Positions 32,417 to 43,350 of a stretch of DNA of 64,000 nucleotides are shown piece by piece. Position numbers and translations under genes: made by a program. The stretch spans positions 1,139,690-1,203,689 of the forward strand of contig CM082595.2 of the NCBI GenBank assembly GCA_040954595.2, read 5' to 3'. The stretch comes from Balanoglossus misakiensis. Taxonomy: Eukaryota > Animalia > Hemichordata. The first letter of the stretch is position 1; every line of letters starts with the position of its first letter. Under the pieces are notes generated by a model. It searched no databases. It was not told the origin of the DNA and was given only the letters and a program-made list of their open reading frames with translations.

Positions 32417-35400
32417 TCAATCAACTTCTTTTTCATTTATATCAACACTTTCAGCGTCTGCAGGACATTCATCAACTTTCATCTGTGTATTGTCTCTTTC
32501 ATCACATTCCTCACTTTGTTTCAAATCTTCTTTCACATCAGATGACGTGCTTCCTGTCTCGAACAATTCCAACTCCTTCTCAGCAGTTTTCTGAGTGAGC
32601 TGCTCAACACACGCAACAGGTTGGTCTGTTTTGACAGGCGATTCACTCTCTTTCTGTTCCTTTTTGTTCATACTCTTCTTCAGTTTAGATAGAGGCAATT
32701 CATCACTGTCAATAGAGCTTGTATCATTGTCAGAATCTGTCTCGTGCCCGTCCTTGCCAACATCAGGCACCTTCAGAACATCAGCTGTAATCTGCATGTC
32801 AGTCGCAACATTACTGTTACCGGTCTTGTTTTGTCCACCTTTGGTATCGCTTCCCATCTCCTCTCGATCTTCCCGCAGTCTTTTCTCAAGGATACTCTGA
32901 GTGGCTGCCATATTCACAAAGTGCACTTTAGTGGCATCTTCTAGTTTCTCCACTTTGGTGACATCACCCGCTGGTTTTGTCAGTTGCGGATTCAATGACA
33001 GATTTGTGGCGGATGCACTGGTAGATGCCTTGCTCACGGGGTTTCCAGCTGCAGGTACTTGAGGTAACGGCACCACTTTAGTTGTCTCCACCACTTTTCT
33101 TCTCTTATACTTCCTTTTCAACGGTCTATCTCCCAGTATTTCCATCATCATCAGTTGTTCCGCCGTGATCGTTTCATCTCTCTGTCGTTTCTTCCGTCCT
33201 CCATGTTTCACACGCTTCTTCCTCATCCCTCTCTTTCCACCTCCATCCTTTTTGCCGCCCGACTGCATCTTCTTCGTCAATCGGTGGCCGTCTGCATCCC
33301 TTCTCAGATTACATATCTCAGCGTGCTTCTTCAAACTCTGCAGATATGTAAACTGTCTTGTACAGTGAGGACATCTGTGTTGCTGCAATAACTGTTTACT
33401 CTGTTCATCATAGCCCTCACCGATTTTCTCCAACGTTTTCTGAAGTGTCTCTTTCCTCAGTTTGTCTCTGTTTGGACAGACTTTCATGTGCCTCTCCAGG
33501 TTGGTGATGTTACTGAATTCTCTCTGACATGCTTGGCATTTGAATGTATCCAACAGATCCGCCTTTTCTCGTCGTCTTGTGTGATTCAACGGGTTGTAGA
33601 TCTTCTGGCCGGGTCTTGCACGGAAGCCTTTCCCGATCACGTTGGTCTGCTTCATGGCTTTCTGTTTCAGTTTCTTCGAGAAACCAAACCCAACTTTGTA
33701 CTTCCTCGGGTCACCTACATCTGGATAGCTATTCTTCGGTGGCCGTCCCTTCCGAGCACCTCGCTTTCCCCTCTTCCCTGGCAACCGGACGGCACAGATG
33801 AAGATGTGCTTGTGGAAGGCCGTGACATCATCGAAGTATTTCAAGCATTTGGTGCACTGATTGGCCGGCAGAGAATTCACATATTCTTGAGCGCTTTCCA
33901 CTGTTGCTGTTCCCAATAAATCAACTCCCGGACGCAAACCCAAGAACGGATGATGCCTTTGAGGATTCACTGGTTTCCTTGGCGACCCGTTTGTCCCATC
34001 CAACTTTCTGGGAGAAGGCGTGCAGCCTGTGTATTTCTTGGCTTGCTCAATGAGTTGACTGATCCTGTTTTGTTCCGACACACCGGGTGAATTTTCGTTT
34101 GGCAAAACTGATTTGGCAGGGTCGGTGAAGTTCTGTCTTCGTAGAATTCCTGGGCCTAGTTCTGCATATGTGCATCGTATATTGGGGTGAAGGTCGACTT
34201 GGTGTTTCTCCAAGTTCGACAGATACGAGAACTCTCTCTGGCATGCAGAGCAAGCATACGTTTTGCCGACTCTGTGTTTCTTCAATCTATGCTGGACGAG
34301 TACATTGGCATCTTTGAATAACTGGATGCAGAATTCACATTTGAATTTCCACTCACTGGCATGCACAGTCACATGTTGGTGGAGATCCTTCATGGAACTG
34401 AATGGTGACTTGCATACATTACATGTAAATGACCGGTCATTATTGGCAGAGAGGAGATCAGCAATTTCTTCTTCAGAAAGTGCACTCTCCTCGGTGGGTG
34501 AGACTAGTGGCAATTCTCTTCGACTTCTCTCTGACAGATCGTGTGCCTGATTTCCCGGATTCCCAGACTGGTCATTCCAGCTCTGATTAGTGATGGCCAT
34601 TCCGGCACGAGCCAGCAATCCTTCCGATTTGGCATACAGAGTGGTCACTTGGCTTGATAAGCCGGGTTTTGTCACTGTGGATGACCGCATGTTGCCTTTT
34701 GAGAATATGCTTCGCCTCTCACTCTTCGTCTTAGTCTTGGACGTTGCGGGACACGAGAGATCTAACGGCATGTCCGAGTCTGTGCACACCGATTCTGTTT
34801 GCTTCACAGAGGGCTTGAACTTTGATTCAGTATCAGAGCTGGATTCTTCACTCCGGGGTCGCTTGATACTCAGGTCCAGCACATCACTTGATTCTGAATA
34901 CGAAGCTTGCCTTTTCAGAGGATGAGAAGCAGAGAACAGTGGAGAAGTTGGGATGGCTGTTGTTTTTGACGTGGGTGATCCAATACTGCCTGGTTTTGAA
35001 CCATACACAGGGCTTTTCTGTGAGCTTGACGACATCGCTTTTGGCGTCTGTGCTGTGGTAGTCTTTGATGCAATGCCTGGCGGAGAGTGCAACCCACTCT
35101 TGTATTTCAAAGTCTGTGTGATCGCTGGTGGTGAATGCAGCACCTTCCCTTGTGTTGGGTTCTGTTTGGGGATCACCATTCTTATAGGCTGAGGACCAGC
35201 GCCTGCCAGACTGGCTTTCAATAGAGAAGCACCTGTTGCTGTGGCAACCGTATCTCTGGGTTTGAAAAACGGTCCCCTAGGAGATCTTGCTGAAGGTCTA
35301 CTTGATGGGTGAGTTGCTTTATTACTTGATGGTAAATTAGCACTGCCTTGTTTGCTTGACCAAGTTGGACTTCTCGGTGTGACTGATTTTGATGGGCTCT

Positions 35401-38400
35401 TAACGCTGGAGGCTTGTCCCTTACGGCCAGAATGTGCCTCGACTGGTTTGGTGAAGATACCACAATCCTTTGGTCCACTGCTGCCCTGGTAGGGTGGCCT
35501 TGTGTATGGACTCGGTGGTTGTATGATATCTGACATATAATCCTCAGACTTCACTGAGGAACTATCTGAGCTTCTCCTTGATGCTGATCCTGTACTTATC
35601 TTTCGTCCTTGTCCAGGTTTAATCTTTGGAGCGATTCTACGCACTGCTTTGGTCTTGGAACTTCCACCTTTCACTAATTTCTCAACGTGTTGTTTGATCG
35701 CTGGCATAAACCGACTCTTGGTGCTCTCTGTCAACACAGAGCCTAAGATGCTCTGTCCTGCGTCAGATGAACTCGAGGTGGACGAACTGGTTGTTGTTTT
35801 CATTGGCACCACTTTCCTTCCTTGATATGAGGTCTTAGAAAAGTTACCAGCAGGTAGACTGCTTGATTTGAAGTACGTCTCAGTCATTGGTTTCATTGTG
35901 TTCTCTGTGGCTGGCATTGAATCTGGTGTCTCTGAGCCAACACTTTGATCAGACACATATTCCTCGCCCCACGGACCTTCATCATCTTGGGAGGTTTGAA
36001 TTTTGCCATCGAGATATTTGCTGAGATTTTCTGATATGCTATCCGACAGTCCGGCCATCTCTACGTACCCATCTGGTTCTTCTTCATCATCAATATTCAC
36101 CGGAGCTTCATACTTAAACTTTTTCTTTGAAGGTTTGCTGTACACATCCTTATGTGCATGGCTAGCGTGGCGTTTCAAACTTGTTGGATTGTTAAATTTC
36201 TTTCCACACCATACACAAGAGTGGAGATCGGCTTCTTGTTCGGTTTGTCCGCTAGAATCTTCTTCAAGTTTCACCTTTTTCTTGGGAGTTCCTTCCGTTT
36301 TCTTCTCTTCTACTTCTTCTTCTGTATCCAGTGACGGCACTTCATCAGTTGCATATGACACAGAGTCTTCTATCTCTCCGTGTTCGGACTGTAAATGTTT
36401 CTGCAGATCACTAGCTTGGATAAAACTAATTGGGCACTGATGACAGGGATGTTTCTTGTCTCTGGCGTGCAGTCGTTCATGTCTCCGTACGTTCGTCGTT
36501 GTGCTGAAACCTTTTGCGCAGTACTTGCATCGATGTGGTTTCTCTCCCGTATGCGTCAACAGATGGCGCTCTAACCCCTGCTTGCACAAGAACTTGCGGT
36601 TGCATTTGGGACACTCCATTATTCCTTGTTTGGGGTGGGTCAGCATGTGATTAGTGAGTCTCTTTGGCGATTTCAATACTTTGCCGCAGAACTTACACGG
36701 GAAGGCTGGTTTTGCGTTTGCATCGCTTGGTTCTTCTTTCAATTTATCTTCATCGATGACAAGTTCATTGTCGCTTCCATAGTCATCCATTTCATCTTCC
36801 TCATCATCATTCTGCTTGTACTCATCCTGAGGTTCCATTTCATTCTCTGCCTCTTTGCTTGGCACATCTATATCAACTTTCTGCACCTCTGCCAGTTCAT
36901 CTTGAACCGCTCCGTCCAAACTCTTTGATTCCACAGACAAGCTGTCTTCACTTGGACTCTTCTTATCCTCACAGCTAGCAGCCCTGGTTCTTATTTTCTC
37001 TCTCTTATGAATAATCTTCACAGGTCTCGCTGGAGGCATCAGATTCTTATACTTGCCTTCCACATGATGTTTGAAGTAGTGTCTTCTCAAACTGTGAGGG
37101 TGCTCAACCATACAGGAACACAACATGCATTTGTACATTGGCTTTCTGCGTTTCCCGCGTACGATGTCTTTATCAGTGATATCATATTTGAATTGTTTAA
37201 CATCCGTGTAGATAATGGGCTTTCCATTTCCATCCAGTCTTGGTTTTAGATAAACTGGTTTGTGTGGTTTCATTTCAACTGCCTGTTCACCGTGGGTGTC
37301 TTTCTCGTTGGCCCGTTTACTGGACTTTTCTTCAAAAGTACTATCTGCGCTTTTACTGTCCAGTTTATCTTCTTTTTTTGGCTGACCAACTTCTTCATCA
37401 TCACCAGCATCATCATCATCTCCATCATCATCATTGTCGTCATCATCATCATCACCACCACCATCCTCCTTGACATCATGTTTTCCATCACTTGTCCGAC
37501 TTGCTTTGGCACCGGAAAACTTGCCATCAATTTCCATCGTTGTACTGTCAGCTTCTGCAATTTTCTTGCTACCATCGCTGGCAACTTTCTTCAATGTTTC
37601 ATCACCGTCACTATCGGGAGACATTTTTTCCAAAATGGGCATGGCTTCTTCTCTCGTGTTTTCACCTTCTTCAGTGACATCATCATCTCCAACTGAAACA
37701 ATAAAATACATTCAAATTTAGTTGGCTTCTTTATACCCATGGTCCATTCAAATTCTGGATTTTGCCTATTACAGGTACTTGTGTGATACAAAATAGCCAC
37801 AACCCTTGAAAAATTCCTAGAGCCAGAACACTTGGGAAATTCGAATTGTAGAAACGGACACCTATATTTCCACATACCTGTTTCATCTTGATCATCCTCA
37901 GGTGTTTTATCCAGTACAGGCAATTCTTCATTATCATCAAGCTCTTCCTCAGCCTCACTGACCGTCTCTGTAACAACTTCTTTTTCATCCAGAGTCTGAT
38001 CTTTGGAGACATTTCCACTCACTGTCTCTGCTTTTTTCTTTTTCTTTCCAGACGTTGCCATCTCTCTGTCAGCATCTGAGTCTGCGCTTTTGCTCTTGGA
38101 GTCACCCTCAGCATTTCGCGATTTCTTCTTACTTGAAGGAGCTGTTGATTGTTTACTTGTCCCTAGTTTACCGTCTTTTCCTTGTTTACTTCGTTTACCA
38201 GGTGAGCTGCTTCTATTTCTTTGTTTTTCTGACTTTTTGGACGTCTTTGTTGTGGTGTCGTCTGTTTTCTTACTTGCCTTCTCAGCTTTGACTGTTTCCG
38301 TACTCTCAGATTCCTGTTGAATCTCATTCTCCGAGGATTCCATCACATCATACTTTGACTCGGTGCGAATGTTGAACCAACACAACAACTCTTCATCGGG

Positions 38401-39452
38401 AGTGACATCCTGTGACAAAATAACAATAATACTGTCACCTGATCGGAAATTAACAACAAACATTGGCTGTTGACAATGATCACATGATGTAGTAACATGC
38501 ATCATCCCAGTCAATGAAATCTATAGAATGCTATAGAACTTGTAGTACAGAACATTTTTGTAAGGCTAGTACTGGTACTTTCTTCTCACCTTAATTGTCT
38601 TATAATAGATTTGCTTCTGTTGCTGAAGAGCGATCATATTCTGTTCTTCGTGGTAACGAGCACATTTGATATATCTCATCCAGTTTGATTTCTTGGGATT
38701 CGCCGCATCAATACAGAAGAGTCTACGTCCTTTGGGACCTCTGATCTGTTGAATGGATTCAATACACAATCGTGTCATTATTTAACCCTTTAACCACCAT
38801 GGTTCGGTCCAAACCTATTGTTTCTATGGCAAGGTTGGACCTCTCAAGAGGGAACTGGGGGTGAAAGGGTTGAAGGTGTGTTGTTTCCACTAATTTACAA
38901 ATGGAAGGAAAAAAGTCATGCTATGGCCATATGATGGGGAGGCATCTTAGTCCAGTGGTTAGAGCAGTGGACTTTTGATTGAAGGATCATGGCTGTGGTG
39001 TTGTGTCCTGAGCAAGGCACCTTACTTCTCATTGCTTCTCCCCACCCAGGAGTAATGTGCATGGAATGAGACTACACGTAGTTGTGTCATTACCTCCCAT
39101 GAATAGTATGGATCACAATGATCCGTGATTTTCTTCTTTTCCCCTCCATAAGGTCCAAACTGAGCGCCTTCCTTGATCAGACTTTTCACCCACACTCCTG
39201 CAGACAAAAAATCACAAATGTGTTTGTCATGTTAGAGCTTTCATAGTTTACAGGCTTTGTTCAGAAGTGAGAGTGAGCATTATATAAAGCTATCCAGAGT
39301 AGAACAAGAAACTGGAGTTGATACATGAGAGAAAAATATTGACAAATAGCCAGAGTTACTGGGGATTTCAACTTACCAATCTTATTTTCCTCAACTTGAG
39401 ATGGTCTGAAGTCCACACAAGCCGGTGTTTTCATCTGTGGCATCTCCTCCAT
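32417..39452 (-). CDS. PRDM2: PR/SET-domain zinc-finger protein, PRDM2 (RIZ)-like, about 2047 aa
   Basis: Exons 39377-39452, 39094-39197, 38590-38745, 37878-38409, 32417-37692 join in frame (6144 bp). PR domain: IGVWVK...FGPY...YSWEI...CIDAANPKKSNWMRYIKCAR...EEQN...IYYKTIK...EELLCWF. About 12 C2H2/C2HC fingers, CtBP motifs VLDLS and PLDLS, and a PRDM2-like RQNFTDP motif after the third finger cluster. Confidence 0.9.
38786..38869 (-). mobile_element. piggyBac-type MITE copy 6 in a PRDM2 intron
   Basis: ttaa|ccctttaaccaccatggttcggtcc...gggaactgggggtgaaaggg, a full-length reverse-orientation copy. Confidence 0.8.
38936..39058 (+). mobile_element. Truncated tRNA-derived SINE with a CORE/Deu-Nin-like body
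   Basis: tRNA-like head ggcatcttagtccagtggttagagcagtggactt (A-box-like), followed by gttgtgtcctgagcaaggcacctta...ccccacccaggagtaatg, which resembles the conserved central domain of deuterostome SINEs. B-box missing. Confidence 0.65.
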
Positions 39453-39605
39453 GATTTCAGATTCTCACTTCTTCTAGATTTACAAAAGGATAATCAAAAG
39501 TTAAATCAAATAAGTAGATAACTCCGCAACTTAATTTGATGATAATTGGGAAAATATATAGTGCATGTAAATGCATCTCAAATGCATATTGTAACTTTAA
39601 CTTAC

Positions 39606-39709
39606 CTCACAATGGATGTGAAAAATCATATAAACACAGTGTTGTGAAATATCCTAGAGAGTTGTTCCTTCAATCATGGATGGTGGCCACATAGTATACA
39701 TATGATTAC
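39606..39709 (-). other. Probable non-coding 5' UTR exon of the PRDM2-like gene
   Basis: Bounded by ttttgcag| and |gtaagt, with stops in all three frames and upstream ATGs. Confidence 0.5.
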
Positions 39710-39783
39710 CTGCAAAATGAACAAACAACCATCTTTAATATACAGCCTCACAAAGCCCTGTATGTTCACATACACATGCCTGC

Positions 39784-39785
<2 letters not shown>

Positions 39786-39814
<29 letters not shown>

Positions 39815-39960
39815 TGTATGTATGTATGTATGTATGTATGTATGTATGTATGTATGTATGTATGTATGTATGTATCTATGTATGTATCTATGTATCTATG
39901 TATGTAATGTATCTATGTATGTATCTATGTATGTATACATCTATCTATGTATCTATGTAC
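39786..39960. repeat. (TATG)n/(TATC)n microsatellite
   Basis: Directly visible. Confidence 0.95.
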
Positions 39961-41199
39961 ATAAACATACTGGTATGCACCTTACATACACAAGCAGATA
40001 CATGTACATATACACATACATAATCACACACAAAAATAACTTGATCTGGTGACATGTGATACCATGTATTGACCATAATTAGGTCATATGCATTTCATCT
40101 CATCAGCATGGTTCAAAAAAATAATAATTGGAAATAGAGTTGTAGATTTGCTTAATAACTGAGCAATAACAATGACAGATGGCAGTTATTTAATCCACAT
40201 CACCCCAAAGGTTGATAGGTTCATTGTATTAAGAGATTAATTTACACCCCCCCCCCCAAATTTCTCTGAATTAGTATTTTTACTGTATTGCTACATGTAG
40301 TTTTCACAACCATTAATTGGTTTTATTTTTGCACTGTTAAAAATTGTGGATAGTGTTCTTCATAATGAAACCTTTAAAAACAAAAAGGAAAGGTTAAACA
40401 AGCCAGAACAAAGGTCTAAACAGCACTACATGATTACACCCTTCCACCACTTGACCTTTGACCTGGCACTATTTTTAGTAAAACAATACAAGAGATTCTT
40501 TTCAAATATAATTTACAAGCTTTCCAATAACATGAGAAAAAAACTGTCTAATCTAATACCATCTCATAATATAACTAACTTTATTGTATAATAGAGTATT
40601 TTGAATTTTGTTCTCAAAATCAATATTAATATTTGAAGTGCTAATCTGTGTTGATTTAAATGACTGAACAGATAGACAAACAAACAAAATGTGACACTGT
40701 TGGACGAGTCATATATGCTAAGTTCAAAGCCAGAAGAAATCATGCAAAACATGTTATATGTCATCTATCAAAACTCTTACTACAGTGAGTGGGAGACCAT
40801 TTTACCCATAATGCATTATTAGAATCTGATTTCACCCACTAGCAGGAAGCAAAAATCTTTTAAGGTGGCCAGAATTCCTACTTGAGTTTTGCATATCCTA
40901 ACATACATGTATAATAACAAAATATATCTAATTGTTGATACTGCTAACATAACTACTGGCATGCCCACCTAACTGTGGGTCAATCTACCTTTGTCAGTGT
41001 TTATGTACACAATTCAAACCTCCTTGTCAATAACCACTTTGATTACCAAGTCTACAACATAGGAGTTTTTAAAGTTTGTTAGACTAGCCCACTAGTCGCT
41101 TGGTGATTTTTAAATCTCAATACTTTTTGTGTTTTCGGTGGTTTTTTGTCTTAATAAATAATTTCAATACTTTTTGCGTGCATGCTTGCCTTTAGCGTG

Positions 41200-43350
41200 T
41201 TTTTGGTAGTGAGGCGAGTTTCGAATTTGCGACTGAGCTTGTGGTTTCGGGTAGCGTCGACCAAGCGACTAGTACACCTTGCAAAATCTACAAACGCTCA
41301 GGCCGTTTGTTGACGTAGTCGAGAATGATTGACAGGGGCGTCGATCCCGTGCGCCAATGAGAATAAAGAGATGTGATATAACGTGAACGCGTAGAACCCA
41401 CGTTCGTAAGTCAAGTACGGCGCGACCTGTGATGTCAACGTCTGTTTGTGTGGCACGCGCACTCTGTAATTTGAGCGTATACATCGTACAGTGTCGCTGC
41501 ACTGCAACTATGGTTTCAGCCATCAGACCATAAAAATTGATGAACGAATTTCACATAAAATGAGTAAACCCGTTTGCGTTTTCGCTATGAGATACCCAAA
41601 TATGATTTTCGGGTACTCGAGGTAATGTATTGAAACTCCGCCCACTATTTAAATTAGCTAATGAATATTCATAAATGACGTCAACATGAATAATTCATAG
41701 CAACCGGAAAGCAGCAAGGTGTACAAGTCTATGGGCCGACACGTTCCCTACACATCCCATAGACTTGGAGCAAGTCTAAAAGTTTGTGTAAACCTACAAA
41801 AAGTGGCAACCAAACTTGGCAGTATACCTTAGAATCCCCCACCTGGGATGTCCATAGACTTCTATACATAAAGGGATTTTAACACAAGATAAAACCACAT
41901 GAAAATGTTGCACACATTTCATGACATTATCAAAACTTTCACCTTGGCCTTTAGTTAAAAAGCAAACACAAGTCTCTTCATATACCCTTCAGTAATTTCA
42001 CTTTTATACAATAATATGTGATGCTGAGAAAAGGATCAGAAATATTTTCTGCACTGCTTTTATAAGATTATTAAAAAAATCTTTGATTTAAAAACAAGTC
42101 TAGTTATTAAATTTATCTAAGATTTTTAGCACAGTTTTTAAAAATGTCAAAATTAACCAGAATTTCTGTCAAAATCATGAGAACTGGTGTTAAAAATCTC
42201 CAGTTGATCAGCCCCCTTCTGACTTATATAGTACACACAACTCTTCTGATCTTTGATAAATGTTCGGAATAAAGATCGCGATAATCTGCGGTACGCTCAA
42301 GGATGACCTTGGCAAAATAAGTAAAAACATGGCCGATACCATTTCAAGCCACGAAACATACACACGCGCGCGCGGACGCACGCGGAATGTCCATTTCTAA
42401 ACAATCCTACACGCGTCCCGATCCCTCCTCCCGTACGCACGCGCGTTATTTTCCCCTTACGAAAGTCTGCGCTAAATTGATATTTTTACATTCATCCGGT
42501 CCACGGTAATATTGCTCGACACAAAAATATACGGACGCCGTGCGCTTACGTATCTATTAGGGGCATGCATCAACAATTTCGGAATTTCACGATCGCCCGC
42601 TGTAAAATTTGTCGGTATCGCGATCCAGTGGTCAAAAATTACCTTTTAAGACTTTACCGAAAAAAGTTCATCATCATTTTTATATACATTCAAAACAGTA
42701 CACGGAAATAAACAGTAATTTCGCCACAGTTTGAGTAAGTATGTTTTCCCCATTGCGTACCGCCCCGTTTAATCATTGTTGTGAGTCGACATTTTGTGCG
42801 GCGTATGTATCACGTATGCGAGCGATCCTGCCTGTTTTCACGGTCACTATGGTACATCTTTCTATCTTTCCACGGGAACATGTCGATCTCAAATAATATC
42901 ACTTCAAGGATTTCACGGCATGAAAATGATTGTAGAAAGTGATCAGAAATCAAGCGCATATTCTGAGAGAATCAAACCATGAAACAATCGCAAGGAAACT
43001 ATAGAAAGTTTGATCGGCTCTTCGGCATTGTTAAAAGCGGACGGGCATTTTGGAACACCGGAGGGTCTGGGTAGGTCTCGCAATCGCGACGAGGTTTCAG
43101 TGGAAAATATTTTACGCCGTACTATGTCGCCACGCGATCTTCACATTATCGGCAAGATAAAATATAAACGCACAATTATCTATATATAGAAGGAGATAAA
43201 TATCACCTGAAATAGGAAATTTTTGAGGAGATTCCGCAATTAGACAGGTCCTGGCCACCAATGGATCCAAGATGGCGTCGGAAAGAGAATCGTTGCGAAA
43301 TGCATTATGGTCCCTTTCTTATCAGAAGCCCGTGGCAAAGAATCTAATAA
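41200..43350. promoter_or_regulatory. CpG-rich putative promoter/regulatory region upstream of PRDM2
   Basis: CpG density rises clearly. GC-box at 41636, CRE TGACGTCA at 41676, ETS ccggaa at 41704, YY1-type caagatggcg near 43268, ZNF143-like motif near 43300. Confidence 0.55.

Noticed and set aside
32595-38320. Numerous + strand ORFs
   Set aside because: Antisense shadows of the PRDM2 coding exons with no independent protein-like features.
39702-40052. MYVC-repeat ORFs (also at about 8395-8637)
   Set aside because: Translations of (TATG)n microsatellites.
40803-40817. ZNF143/Staf-like TACCCATAATGCATT as evidence for an snRNA gene
   Set aside because: No recognisable snRNA body or proximal element nearby; compatible with the PRDM2 regulatory region.
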